NCBI GenBank assembly: GCA_963835575.1
Contig: CAWIGG010000002.1
Coordinates: 1,216,001-1,280,000, forward strand
DNA: 64,000 nucleotides
Direction of reading: 5' to 3'
DNA from: an uncultured Spirochaetota bacterium
Lineage (GTDB): Bacteria; Spirochaetota; Brevinematia; Brevinematales; JAOACQ01
Below, piece after piece: positions 49,855-60,678 of the stretch. Position 1 is the first letter of the stretch. The number at the start of each line of letters is the position of its first letter. The translations under genes and the position numbers were made by a program. The notes beneath the pieces were generated by a model. That model ran no database searches. It was not told where the DNA came from and saw only the letters and a program-made list of their open reading frames with translations.

Positions 49855-51669
49855 TTAATGACAATTGTGATTCGGGCACCATCTGATAAAATGATTGTTA
49901 TGGTAATGCCCGCAATTATGATGAAGCTCAGGATCAATAACACAGATCACATCCTCACCGACGATATCTCTTCCATCCAGGGTTTTGCCGAACAGTTTCA
50001 GGATCAGTACTTCTTCATCCTCAACATCACCCAGAGCTTTTACAATATCTTTATTTTTGAAAAGCATAACTAAATCAAGATATCCGTCTCGGCCTAATTT
50101 ATTACCGGCCATCTTATCCAGGGGCTTATCTATAAAAGGATAATATGGAGTTGCGACATCATGATACCATGAAAATACCGGAGAAACACCCGCCAGCTGG
50201 ACAGTCCTGACATCAATAGTCCTGACATTAAAATTGCTTGTGCCGCAAATAGCTACGGGAATAACGCCATGATTATCAATGACAATCTGGCATCTGCTAA
50301 TATCATTATCACAATCATTAACAAAATCACAATCATGATCAATATCATGATCATCAATATCAACATATATATAATTGGGGATTTTATAAGGTTTTATATC
50401 GACTGCGACTTCAATTTTAGTGACAACGTTAATAGTCACTTTTTGTGTTGCGTAAATCACCCCGTCTCCGACAACGCCGACATCGAATGTATAAACTCCA
50501 TCGGGAGTTCCGGCCGGCACTGTGATTTGTATATCAAAATCAAAAGTATTCGTCGCCCTTAAATCAATATCCGTTATTTCCTCTGGAGAAGCGTAGGTAA
50601 GCCAGCTTTCAAAACCGGGAGTGACGACTTTAAGTGAAACGGAACGTATCGTCATGAAAGTATCCAGTATTTTTTCAGCAATAAAGTCTCCAATGTCCTG
50701 CCCGCTAGGTATAGAACCATTGGGGTTGATTTTAAAGGCATAGCCGCCGTTAGTGGCCGCATATTTCTGCCAGATAGGAAAATAATTCCCGCTGTGCATG
50801 ACAAGGAGGTTTACATTCGAAGCTTTCATAGTCAAAAGAACATTCGCAAGGTTCAGGTCGTCAGCTGTCCCCGCTATCTCATCCCTTCCCGGATCGGGGC
50901 CGGTTGATCTGTGGGAACCGTCCAGCATATAATCGAGGTCATGAGTCAGGTCATCGCACCACATCATGAGGTATTTCTTGCTGCCGTTTCTCCAGCCGAC
51001 ATTGGAATCGCTGTAGCTTTCAAACATAATTCTTGTGTAATCAGCCGGAGCATCATAACTGTAGCCTGTTTTCATATGGTAGAAAGCGTTTGAAACAACA
51101 GTTGTGTTATCTGTAAGCGATTGGTCCAGGGAATAAGGATAGTCTTCGCCGGGATATCCGTAGAGGATCGGGCCGTAGCCGCCGCCGCTGTACGTATTTG
51201 TATAGTCCGAATGCGACATAACGGCAAAGTACATATCGGGAATGACCGACTTGATTTTATTCATGATATTAATTGAGTTGACTTTAGCGTTGTTCAACAC
51301 ACTGTACATGCTACCCGTAGTATCAAAACTGAAAATAATGTCGCCTTTCGGCGGAGCCCCCGAAATTACGGCTGTCTTATGCTCTGAAACGCTCTCCCCC
51401 GGCTTTAATGTCACAGTCATCGAATCCGGAGTCAATGTAGACGGAGATTCGCCCGCTCTTGTCAAACCTTTCGTAGCAGCCGAATAATCAATCAGAGGAA
51501 CAGAAGCCGGTGCCATAACGCCTTTCTGGTCTGGACCGTTGGTCTGCAGACCGGAATTCTCCACGGCCGTTGAAGACAGGCTTGTGGATTGGCTATTTTC
51601 CTGAACGGAACAAGCTGCAAATAACAAAGCAAAAATAATGAAGAATAAATAGCTTTGCATCCTTCTCAT
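49855..51669 (-). CDS. Lipoprotein with vWA (MIDAS) domain and His/Asp/Cys-rich segments
   Basis: Lipobox FAAC; DIIFSFDTTGSM; C-terminal DIKP...GVIPVAI...DGYLDL domain. Confidence 0.8.
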   Translation of the reverse strand: MRRMQSYLFFIIFALLFAACSVQENSQSTSLSSTAVENSGLQTNGPDQKGVMAPASVPLIDYSAATKGLTRAGESPSTLTPDSMTVTLKPGESVSEHKTAVISGAPPKGDIIFSFDTTGSMYSVLNNAKVNSINIMNKIKSVIPDMYFAVMSHSDYTNTYSGGGYGPILYGYPGEDYPYSLDQSLTDNTTVVSNAFYHMKTGYSYDAPADYTRIMFESYSDSNVGWRNGSKKYLMMWCDDLTHDLDYMLDGSHRSTGPDPGRDEIAGTADDLNLANVLLTMKASNVNLLVMHSGNYFPIWQKYAATNGGYAFKINPNGSIPSGQDIGDFIAEKILDTFMTIRSVSLKVVTPGFESWLTYASPEEITDIDLRATNTFDFDIQITVPAGTPDGVYTFDVGVVGDGVIYATQKVTINVVTKIEVAVDIKPYKIPNYIYVDIDDHDIDHDCDFVNDCDNDISRCQIVIDNHGVIPVAICGTSNFNVRTIDVRTVQLAGVSPVFSWYHDVATPYYPFIDKPLDKMAGNKLGRDGYLDLVMLFKNKDIVKALGDVEDEEVLILKLFGKTLDGRDIVGEDVICVIDPELHHNCGHYHNNHFIRWCPNHNCH

Positions 51670-51962
51670 TTTTCAGCCTCCCTATATTTTTTTTTATAAT
51701 CCAAATATATAATTGTTTGACTTATTGATATATTTTTCCCAAATGAAAATGTTTTTTAAAAACCCCATTTTAACGTTAAAGATTTTATATTATAATTGCT
51801 TACTTGTCAAAAAGAATTTTATGAGAATATTATTAATCTAACAATTAATTCTTTCCATATCCATTAATTTTATTATCATTCAATGCATTTAAATATAATC
51901 GTATTCAAATATATAAACTGGTCAGGATATTCAGATTATGATATAATGAATTAATTGAAAAT

Positions 51963-52853
51963 ATGGAGTACAAGATGATCGAAATTGGTAAATACAGCCG
52001 CCTGAAAACGGTCAAAAAAACGGATTTTGGGATTTATCTGGACGCCGGAGAGAGAGAAACTTATTCCGAAATCCTCCTGCCTAAAAAATATGTCCCGAAA
52101 GATTTAAAAATCGGTGAATTTATTGATGCATTCATTTATAAAGATTCACAGAACCGCCCCATCGCCACAACGCAAAAACCCAAAATCCTCCTGAATGATT
52201 TCGCTTCGCTTGAAGTCAGGGATATTAATAAATACGGGGCTTTTCTGGATTGGGGAATAGATAACCAGCTTCTTCTTCCCTTCCGGGAACAGCCGGAAAG
52301 CCTGAAGGCGGGAGAAAAAGTGACCGTCATGATGTATCTGGACAGGGTTTCCGACCGCCTTGTCGCGACTTCGCGGCTGGATAAATTCCTTCATAAAACT
52401 TTAAAGCCGGAAGATATAGAATTATTTAATAAAGGAGATTCTGTAAAACTCCTTATATACGAGCGGACAGATATCGGATTTAAAGCGGTGATTATTTCTG
52501 ATAAAATAGAGCATAAATATTCGGGCATTCTTTATCATAGCGATGTTTTTCAAAGGATTAAACCCGGAGACGAAATAAAAGGCTTTATCAAAACAATCCG
52601 GGATGACGGTAAAATAGACCTCACGCTCAGAAAAACCGGGCTTGATGAAATAGCTGCATGCAGGGAAAAAATCCTCAGAACATTGAAGAATACAGGCGGC
52701 TATTTATCTTTGAACAACGACAGCTCTCCTGAAGATATCAAAAAACTGCTGGAAATGAGTAAAAAATCATTCAAAAAGGCCATCGGCATGCTGTATAAGG
52801 ATAAATTGATTATTATTGAGAAACATGGAATTAAATTACTTAACCTTTCCTAA
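51963..52853 (+). CDS. cvfB: CvfB/YitL-like multi-S1 RNA-binding protein
   Basis: FGIYLD, EILLP, GAFLDWG, DGKIDL, SSPEDIK...MSKKSFKKAIG. Confidence 0.9.
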   Translation: MEYKMIEIGKYSRLKTVKKTDFGIYLDAGERETYSEILLPKKYVPKDLKIGEFIDAFIYKDSQNRPIATTQKPKILLNDFASLEVRDINKYGAFLDWGIDNQLLLPFREQPESLKAGEKVTVMMYLDRVSDRLVATSRLDKFLHKTLKPEDIELFNKGDSVKLLIYERTDIGFKAVIISDKIEHKYSGILYHSDVFQRIKPGDEIKGFIKTIRDDGKIDLTLRKTGLDEIAACREKILRTLKNTGGYLSLNNDSSPEDIKKLLEMSKKSFKKAIGMLYKDKLIIIEKHGIKLLNLS

Positions 52854-52910
52854 TTATGTATAATATTGTATTATTACAATCCAAAAATATTTTTCCATAA
52901 GGTCCTTATT

Positions 52911-54215
52911 ATGAAACAGAAAACGGCTTTTGTCTGTTATTATAAAAAAGAAAACCGTTACAGCTTTAATGCTCTTATCGCAGCCTGGGAAACAGACCCT
53001 GATTTTAACAATATCGATGTCCATTACTTTCAAAAAGTCTCAGATTTCACATCATTAAAATCAATAATAGATAAATATGACATAACGATTCTGGGTTTTT
53101 CCTTCACAACGCCGCAGATATTTCAGATAGAAAATATAATGCAGGGATTACAAGATTTATCAGTAGAAATGCCGCATGCTTCTTTATTAACAATTGCCGG
53201 CGGGCCGCACCCGACAGGAGATCCCGGGGGAACGCTCAGGATGGGTTTTGATGCCGTCTTTATCGGGGAAGGCGAACAATCCCTGATGGAATTCATTAAA
53301 ACAATAGATGAAAATAATGATTTTCATCTCATAAAAGGAATCGCCTATATTAATTCTGAAGGGAAGATTATTTACACTGGTAAAAAAGAAGATATCTCCC
53401 TCAACCTGTATCCCCCGATATCCGGAAGACACAAATTATTCGGACCGGTTGAAATAACCCGGGGCTGTCCTCATGCCTGCTCATTTTGCCAGACGTCCAG
53501 GATGTTCGGAAATAAAATGAGGCACAGGTCTGCGGAACAAATTATTCAATATATCAAAATAATGAAGGCATTTCATCTTGAGGCCTTCCGGGCAATTACG
53601 CCAAATGCCTTTTCATATTGCCGGAACGGCGATCAGATTAATTATCAGGCGCTGGAAGAACTATTATCCTCTGTACAAAGTATATTAAAACCGGAAGGCA
53701 GGGTTTATTACGGCACTTTCCCCTCCGAAATCAGGCCTGAGGATGTAACAGAGGAAAGCCTCGCATTGATTAAAAAATATACTGATAATGAACAGATCAC
53801 TATCGGAGCTCAATTCGGCAGCGATAGAATGCTGAATCTGAGCGGAAGAGGACACACTGTCGGCTCAATCCTCAAGGCAGCGAGTTTGACAAAAAAAGCC
53901 GGATTAAAAGCCTGTATGGATTTTATATTTTTTATGCCTGAAGAAACGCCGGATGATTTAAAAGAAACTTTTTCTTTAATGAAAGAGCTGTTAAAATTGG
54001 GCGCTTCCATCAATACTCACAGCTTCCTGCCTTTAGCAGGAACACCTTATTATAGACAGATCAACAATGACCGTCATTATGAACAGTATGTTGAAAAAGA
54101 GCTGAGAAATCTTGGTTTCCTGATTGGGAAATGGCGGCGGCAGAGGGAAATATCCTTCAAACTTGCCGCTGTGTTTGATCAGGGCCTTTTGAAAAGTCCG
54201 GATGTTTTCGGATGA
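52911..54215 (+). CDS. B12-binding-domain radical SAM protein (TIGR04013-like)
   Basis: AGGPHPTG, GEGE, EITRGCPHACSFCQ, GTFPSEIRPE. Confidence 0.88.
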   Translation: MKQKTAFVCYYKKENRYSFNALIAAWETDPDFNNIDVHYFQKVSDFTSLKSIIDKYDITILGFSFTTPQIFQIENIMQGLQDLSVEMPHASLLTIAGGPHPTGDPGGTLRMGFDAVFIGEGEQSLMEFIKTIDENNDFHLIKGIAYINSEGKIIYTGKKEDISLNLYPPISGRHKLFGPVEITRGCPHACSFCQTSRMFGNKMRHRSAEQIIQYIKIMKAFHLEAFRAITPNAFSYCRNGDQINYQALEELLSSVQSILKPEGRVYYGTFPSEIRPEDVTEESLALIKKYTDNEQITIGAQFGSDRMLNLSGRGHTVGSILKAASLTKKAGLKACMDFIFFMPEETPDDLKETFSLMKELLKLGASINTHSFLPLAGTPYYRQINNDRHYEQYVEKELRNLGFLIGKWRRQREISFKLAAVFDQGLLKSPDVFG

Positions 54216-54973
54216 AAAAGATGGTCCAGCAGGTAATCCGGCTTCGGATTGCGGAAGGAAGCGAAAATATTGTTCTTCAGATTGGGGATTTCTTTCGAAA
54301 GTTCTTGAACAAGCTCCCTTATTTTGTTGCGCCTGAGATCCCTCCGGACCATCTGGGAAGGGCAAACTTCTCCGAAAACGGGAAATGCCTCTTCCCTGTC
54401 GTAAATAAAGCTTTCGATCTGAATTTTCCTGACATAGGCGAGCGGCCGTATAAGCGAGATCTTTCCGTCAAAGAGGTCGAGCCTCGGCAGCATGGTGGAA
54501 AGCTCCCGCTTAAAAAAAAGGTTCATCAGGCTTGTCTCAACAATATCATCCAGATGGTGCCCGAGCGCTATTCTGTTGCAGTCCTGTTTGTCAGCGTAGC
54601 GGATCAGCTCAGTCCTTCTCTTCTGGGCGCAGAGAAAACAGATGTCCCTTTTACGGCTGTTTTCGGCGGTCAGTACCTTGACCGTCCTGACTTTTATGAT
54701 ATGGGTATCAAGGCCTGTTTTATCCATGATAAAAGTTGTTAACACGCTCACTTTTTTATTGTATTCTTCATTTTCACCGTTAAAATTATCCACAAACGCC
54801 GGAGATAGTTCGTATTTTATCGGGAGCCGCTTCAGTCTTCCATGCAGGAGCAGAAGGAGGGCAAGGCTGTCCATTCCGCCCGAAAGTCCTACAACGATCC
54901 TGTCGCCCCCTTTGATCATTTCATAGTCATTGATCGCCAGGCCCATCAGTTTTGAAAGATTTTTTTCGGTCAA
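54179..54973 (-). CDS. ttcA: tRNA 2-thiocytidine biosynthesis protein (TtcA family)
   Basis: PP-loop SGGMDS, CFLCAQKRR, IALGHHLDDIVET, LIRPL. Confidence 0.85.
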   Translation of the reverse strand: MTEKNLSKLMGLAINDYEMIKGGDRIVVGLSGGMDSLALLLLLHGRLKRLPIKYELSPAFVDNFNGENEEYNKKVSVLTTFIMDKTGLDTHIIKVRTVKVLTAENSRKRDICFLCAQKRRTELIRYADKQDCNRIALGHHLDDIVETSLMNLFFKRELSTMLPRLDLFDGKISLIRPLAYVRKIQIESFIYDREEAFPVFGEVCPSQMVRRDLRRNKIRELVQELSKEIPNLKNNIFASFRNPKPDYLLDHLFHPKTSGLFKRP

Positions 54974-55108
54974 TTTAAACTCCTTGAAGACAGGAAGAGT
55001 AATATTTTATTGATTTGAGGTTGAGATGTCAATAAAATATAAAGCTTAAGCGTTTTCCCAAAATAAATACTTTTGTTAAAGTTCAGTCAAAGATTAGTTC
55101 ATGAAAAT

Positions 55109-55195
55109 AGCCACAGAATTACACAGAAAAACACTGATTTTTTTTACTTAATATAATGGAACTCATTTTGTGCTGTTCCGTGAAATTCTGTGGCT
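55109..55195. repeat. Inverted-repeat pair with 9-bp internal periodicity and a short AT-rich spacer
   Basis: AGCCACAGAATTACACAGAAAAACAC versus rc AGCCACAGAATTTCACGGAACAGCAC (22/26). Confidence 0.75.
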
Positions 55196-55213
55196 TAATA
55201 GTTATGAATTGTT

Positions 55214-58200
55214 TTAATGCGCCCTGCCGTTCCTCTGCCTCCGCATCTCGTCATAAAGCCTGCCGGCCTGAAGAATGAATGTCTCGAGCCTTGCCTGTAT
55301 GATCTGCGAGAAGGGATTGCCGTCGCATTCGATGCTGAGGAACGGGAGAATATCCATATTCTCCTTATAAGCTGAAACATCCACCTTTCGCCCGGCGTTT
55401 TTTGAAGCGATTTCCTTACCCTCGATTGTCATTTCGGGAAGGACGACAGCTTCCGTCATACGCGAGTTCATACAGCCGAAAGGCCCGACACTGATGACGC
55501 CGCAGTATTTATCAATGAAGTGATAAAGCGCCGAACCGCTGGAAAGGCCCGGCTCTCCCGTCAGCTGGGGCGGGAAGAAATGCATCGAGTGGCTGATGTA
55601 TTTACGGATGTTGATCATTTCGTTCTCAAAAAGGCCGGTTTTGGCGAATATCTTTTTGATCCTCTTTTCATGGTAATCCTGGACGAACACAGAAATCATC
55701 GCCTCGAGGTTACCGATGAATGTCGTTTTCAGCTCATACATCTTTATATCGCGCAGATAGTCCGTGTAGCGGACCCATTCCGAAACGGGCGCGTCCAGCA
55801 TAACGAAGCCGTTATCAGCCAGGATGTCCGGTATGCTCATCAGGGAGAAATGGTCCCTGCGGACAAAAATCTCGCCTATGACGCCGACATACTTGGCCTC
55901 GCTGATCGGCCTTACAAGTTTTATCTTTGATAATTCCCCGGCGCTTTTCTTCAGCTGGCTGTAAAAGGGTACCTTGTTCGTATGGGAGAACGTGCCGAGA
56001 ATTTTATCCCTTTCCTCGTTGAAGATCTCCATACCCCGGACTTTATCCACAGCCATCGCCTTGATAGCGGAGCGTATGTCATCCAGTATGTCGAATGCGT
56101 ACATTGCCTTGGCCATTGAGAGCCTGAAAGGAATGCCCAGCCCGGCGTAACCGTTGTCATTAGAGAGCGGCAGAAGGGCCACATTCCTCAGCTTGAGCTT
56201 CTCGATTGTCGTATTGAGCAGGATCTCGTACTGGCCCACCCGGCAGCAGCCGCCGGCCGCCACCATGAAAATCAGGAGCTTTTCGTCCGGGTTTTTCCGG
56301 TACTTGATGTATTTTAAAACCTCGCCGATGATGTTGATGATCGGCAGGCATTCCTTGCTTGTCGTCACGGAGCGGCCGAGGTCCAGGGCTTCCCTGTCGC
56401 AGACAGGAAGCGCTTCGGCATCCCATCCCAGCCCGCTCAGAACGGCGGCCGTGCTGAGATTGAAAAGGTCCCCCATTGAGGGTACGACAGCTTTGACGTT
56501 TTTGCTTTTCGCGTTCGTCCTGCCGCCGTCGGAATCGATGTAAACGACATTTCCCAGATCGTCCATTTCAACCCTGGCCATGATAAAATGGGAAACAGGA
56601 TCATGGATTTTATCTTTTACTTTCAGATAATTCTTGATCACATCCAGGAAAGCCTCGATCCTGGTATTGACGCCGGCATCGGCCGTATGCGTGTCCACTT
56701 CGATCGTGAGCGAAGGCTTTGTTGCCATAAGGTCGCGGAAATGCTGGACCATCATCGAGTCCAGGGCGCAAAGGAAATTAGTGAGATAGCACCCGAAAAG
56801 CTGGGGATGTCGCTTAACGATCCGCGCCGCCTTGATAATCCTCTGGCCCATTTCCCAGTATGTGTTTTTATAATTTTCTTCCTCTTCATATTCAAGAAAA
56901 TCATAAGGAATGATGTCCATACCGCGCGAAGCGAACTTGAAGGGAACGCCCTTGTTTGTTTCCTCTGCGAAGGCATTGTATGGCCTTCCGAATAGAACGA
57001 TCGCTGTTTTTTCAGGATGTTTTTCCAGGTCCGCTATGATGCGCCTTCCTTCTTCCTTGAGAGCTTTGAAAAACTTTTGCTGTTTTTCAAAAGCGACTTT
57101 ATGAGCCCTTTTACCTTCAGCGCTTGAAAAGCCGAGGTCCTTTGCGATTTGAATGAACTGCTTTTCCTCCGCATCAAAACCCTTCATAAAATTCATTACG
57201 GGGGCGATGAGCTTCGGCCCGTCTTTCCTTCCCCGCAGGAATGTGGCGCGCATATAATGAGGCTCGCCCTGGACGAACATGCAGACGGCCTGGTATTCCT
57301 TGCGGTATTCCTCCTGTTCGGAGACATGCATCTCCAGAATCTGCGGCATGAAGATAAAATCAGGCTTTTTCATAAGCAGGTCCTCGAACATGCCCAGCGC
57401 GATCTGCCCTGAAAGGCAGAAGCTCGTCATTCCCTTGTCAATCCCGGATTGATGAACGACATCGGGCAGAACAACCTTACAGCCTAATTCGTTAAAGAAA
57501 TTAAAAAACATTGGGTAAAGGGTATTGACCTGGAATGAGCGGTTTATTCCGATGACCGGCGCTCCTTCTTTTATCGCAGGATTCGATTTTGTAAATCTTT
57601 CATAGAGCATTTCACGCCGCTTGACGACATGGTTAAACTCGGGAACATTATAGCTGATGCGGTGGAGCTGATTATAGTATTTATTGCATGCCCCGCCGAA
57701 GGGGAATTTTTTGTCCTTGACATGGATCATCGCGATCTCGCAGCGCCTGTCGCAGTTTTCCGCCGTTCCCTGGCAGATGAACAACTTGCCGTAGGATACT
57801 TCCCTGTCGGCCAGTTCCTTGATATCAAAAGAGCTCTTTTTGATCAGCCCGAGGTCTATCATATTTTTTATTTCAAGAGCTACTCCGTAAGCTCCCATAA
57901 GGCCCGGATGAGGCGGAACAACGATCCTTTTGCCCGTCAGCGCCGCCATGGCGACAGGTACGGCCTTATTGTAGCAGACGCCGCCCTGCATGAATATTTT
58001 GTTGCCCACCTGGCGCGAGCCTTTGACGCGGTTGACATAATTGATGCAGATGGAATAGACCAGGCCGGCTATGATATTTTCCTTTGTGACGCCTTCCTGA
58101 AAGGCCATGTTGATGTCGGATGAAATAAAGGCAGCGCATTGGTCGGAGAAATTAGGCGGGTTTTTCGCGCCCAGCGCGATATCGGCAATGTCTTCCATTT

Positions 58201-59566
58201 TAACGCCCAAGGTTTCAAAAGCTGATTCTTCCAGAAAACTGCCCGTTCCCGCCGAGCAAGCCTCGTTCATCGCGTAATCCGAGGCGACTGAATTTGTCAG
58301 GAATGTATATTTCGCGTCCTGCCCGCCGATCTCAAAAATGGTGTCCACGCCGGCGTCAAAATGGGCCGCGGCTTTCGCATGAGCTATGATCTCATTGATA
58401 ATGCCTTCGGTATCCGCGTGAAGTCCGGCGATATAACGTCCGCTTCCCGTCACTCCCAGGCCTGTCACATTGACTTTTGTCCCGCCCAGCTGTTCATAAA
58501 GCGATTGATAGCACTGCCGGGACGCTTCTATGGGATTGCCGTTTGTCCTGAGATATTTCGAATAGAGTATTTTTTCGTCCCTGATGCGGAAAAGCACGGC
58601 CTTTGTCGTAGTCGACCCGACATCGAGGCCGATCAGGCATTCGTCGCCGTCATTCGCTTTTTCAAAATCCATCTGTTTAAAATCGACCATATTAATATAC
58701 TGGGTCAACGGGTTCATAAAATCGAATGATGATTTGATCTTTTTAAAAAATGCGCCTTTTTCAGGCACTATATCCTGCTTTTCCTTTAAAGCCCAGAGCG
58801 CGGCGCCGAGAGCCTCAAAATATGGGGCTTCCTGAGGCACAACAACCTTTTCAAAACTCTGTTTTAAAAACTCGATCACCACATCGTTCTGCGCTGTGCC
58901 GCCCACAACCAGGATTTTCCGGGCGTTCACTCTTACAAGCAGTTCCTCGATCTTTTTGGCGATCATTCTGGCCAGGCCTGCCGTCACGTCCGCTATGCTT
59001 TCTCCCTTGTTCAGGGCATGGGTGCAGTCCGACTTGCAGAATACCGAGCACCGCCCGGAAAGGTGGTGCGGGTTCTGCGACGTCCGCGAAAGAGAAACAG
59101 CCTGCTCGATATTGATGTTCATCCTGCGGATCTGCTGGAGAAAAAATTCCCCTGTGCCCGACGCGCATTTATTTCCGGAGCTGATCCGGGCTATGCGGCC
59201 TTTTTTGTCCATTTCATAAACGATGAAAGATTCTCCGCCGGCCGAGACAATAGCATCGTAATTCTTCTGATCTTCTTTCAGGAACGCGTAAGCGAATTCA
59301 GTCGCTTCCGGTTCGATCAGCGAAGGGATGGTCGTGATTTCCCTGAATTTCCTGCCGGTAATCGCTATATATTTATTTTTCAGTTCATATTCATCCAGTA
59401 TTTTTGTGAAAGTTCCTTTCGGATCGCCGCTATGTTCTTTTACAACCGTATTGACGATCTGTATATTTCCTTCGTTATTTTCAACTTCAACCAGTGAAAA
59501 AGTTGATGCTCCAAGACAGATTCCCACCGCTTTTTCATTCTTTCCGCCGTCCAACGGGTTAGCCAT
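55214..59566 (-). CDS. Acyl-CoA dehydratase activase fusion (two ASKHA activase domains plus DUF2229-like region)
   Basis: GNKCASGTGEF, CSVFCKSD, GLDVGSTTTK, EIGGQDAK, MNEACSAGTGSF, TRIEAF, GPFGC. Confidence 0.92.
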   Translation of the reverse strand: MANPLDGGKNEKAVGICLGASTFSLVEVENNEGNIQIVNTVVKEHSGDPKGTFTKILDEYELKNKYIAITGRKFREITTIPSLIEPEATEFAYAFLKEDQKNYDAIVSAGGESFIVYEMDKKGRIARISSGNKCASGTGEFFLQQIRRMNINIEQAVSLSRTSQNPHHLSGRCSVFCKSDCTHALNKGESIADVTAGLARMIAKKIEELLVRVNARKILVVGGTAQNDVVIEFLKQSFEKVVVPQEAPYFEALGAALWALKEKQDIVPEKGAFFKKIKSSFDFMNPLTQYINMVDFKQMDFEKANDGDECLIGLDVGSTTTKAVLFRIRDEKILYSKYLRTNGNPIEASRQCYQSLYEQLGGTKVNVTGLGVTGSGRYIAGLHADTEGIINEIIAHAKAAAHFDAGVDTIFEIGGQDAKYTFLTNSVASDYAMNEACSAGTGSFLEESAFETLGVKMEDIADIALGAKNPPNFSDQCAAFISSDINMAFQEGVTKENIIAGLVYSICINYVNRVKGSRQVGNKIFMQGGVCYNKAVPVAMAALTGKRIVVPPHPGLMGAYGVALEIKNMIDLGLIKKSSFDIKELADREVSYGKLFICQGTAENCDRRCEIAMIHVKDKKFPFGGACNKYYNQLHRISYNVPEFNHVVKRREMLYERFTKSNPAIKEGAPVIGINRSFQVNTLYPMFFNFFNELGCKVVLPDVVHQSGIDKGMTSFCLSGQIALGMFEDLLMKKPDFIFMPQILEMHVSEQEEYRKEYQAVCMFVQGEPHYMRATFLRGRKDGPKLIAPVMNFMKGFDAEEKQFIQIAKDLGFSSAEGKRAHKVAFEKQQKFFKALKEEGRRIIADLEKHPEKTAIVLFGRPYNAFAEETNKGVPFKFASRGMDIIPYDFLEYEEEENYKNTYWEMGQRIIKAARIVKRHPQLFGCYLTNFLCALDSMMVQHFRDLMATKPSLTIEVDTHTADAGVNTRIEAFLDVIKNYLKVKDKIHDPVSHFIMARVEMDDLGNVVYIDSDGGRTNAKSKNVKAVVPSMGDLFNLSTAAVLSGLGWDAEALPVCDREALDLGRSVTTSKECLPIINIIGEVLKYIKYRKNPDEKLLIFMVAAGGCCRVGQYEILLNTTIEKLKLRNVALLPLSNDNGYAGLGIPFRLSMAKAMYAFDILDDIRSAIKAMAVDKVRGMEIFNEERDKILGTFSHTNKVPFYSQLKKSAGELSKIKLVRPISEAKYVGVIGEIFVRRDHFSLMSIPDILADNGFVMLDAPVSEWVRYTDYLRDIKMYELKTTFIGNLEAMISVFVQDYHEKRIKKIFAKTGLFENEMINIRKYISHSMHFFPPQLTGEPGLSSGSALYHFIDKYCGVISVGPFGCMNSRMTEAVVLPEMTIEGKEIASKNAGRKVDVSAYKENMDILPFLSIECDGNPFSQIIQARLETFILQAGRLYDEMRRQRNGRAH

Positions 59567-59903
59567 ATTCCATAACCTCCAGTTCCCGGCCTGCTGTCAT
59601 AATTTCTATATCGCTGCCGGAATCTTAACCCTAAATTATAACCAATATTTCAAAAAAAGCAAAATTTATTGGAAAAAACTCCCGGCTTTAGACAGTAAAA
59701 ACCAGTAATTAAATCATTTGATGTTATTATTTTTAATAACTAAACCAATTAAAAATAAATATGATTTTATATTCAATTCAAGAAATAAACTTCTTATTTC
59801 TATAATGAATTTCTATAATGAATTTTTGAATAATTTCTCAAATTCCCTTATACTTTTCTATTAGATTACTAACAAGGAGAGAGGCATTGCCTTTATAAAT
59901 ATT

Positions 59904-60569
59904 ATGAAAGAATTCGACAGGCTTTTTGAAATTATTAAAACCCTCCGGAGCGACAACGGCTGTCCATGGGACAGGGAGCAAACGTTTGAAACCATGGCTC
60001 CCAGCCTCATTGAGGAAGTCTATGAGATCGTCGATGCCGTTGAGGACAATAAAAAAGAAGACCTGCAGGAAGAGCTCGGCGACCTTTTCTTTCTTACCCT
60101 GTTCGTCAGCTATCTCGGCGAACAGTCCGGCCGGTTTAAAACGGCGGATGTCCTGAATACAGCCTCAGACAAGCTGGTCCGCCGGCACCCCCATGTTTTC
60201 GGCAATCTGGATGAAAAAAACGTCGATCAGATCATTGTGAACTGGGAATCAATCAAATCTTCGGAAATTAAGAATAAAGACAGAAAGACCCCTTTTGACG
60301 GGATCCCCAGAAAGCTTCCGGAAATCCAGCGGTTTTTTAAAATACTTGAAAAAGCAAAAAGGGCTCATCTGGAAATAGAAAAAATAACCGATGATGAGCT
60401 GTTAAAATCTTTAGGGACTTTTTTAAAGAAGAAAAATGATAAAAATCTTGCCTGTTTTATAGGAAAATTCCTGATTTACACTTTTTCCCGCAACTTTGCC
60501 GTCCCGGCGCTCATCCGGAAAATCGGCAGAAGCTCTTTATCAAGATATAAAAATATTTCAAAAAAATAA
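59904..60569 (+). CDS. mazG: MazG-family nucleoside triphosphate pyrophosphohydrolase
   Basis: GCPWDREQT, EEVYE, EELGD, KLVRRHPHVF; second domain short and degenerate. Confidence 0.9.
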   Translation: MKEFDRLFEIIKTLRSDNGCPWDREQTFETMAPSLIEEVYEIVDAVEDNKKEDLQEELGDLFFLTLFVSYLGEQSGRFKTADVLNTASDKLVRRHPHVFGNLDEKNVDQIIVNWESIKSSEIKNKDRKTPFDGIPRKLPEIQRFFKILEKAKRAHLEIEKITDDELLKSLGTFLKKKNDKNLACFIGKFLIYTFSRNFAVPALIRKIGRSSLSRYKNISKK

Positions 60570-60678
60570 AGAAATTCACTAAAAACATCGATATTATATA
60601 TGTAATTAGGGATAATGGTTTTATCCCCGGCCTTCATGGACGAAGGCTTAAGAAAAATGAATTCCAAGGAGGGAATTT

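Noticed and set aside
59797..59825. Short tandem duplication TTTCTATAATGAA x2 upstream of mazG
   Set aside because: Only two copies in AT-rich DNA; consistent with a simple slippage event.
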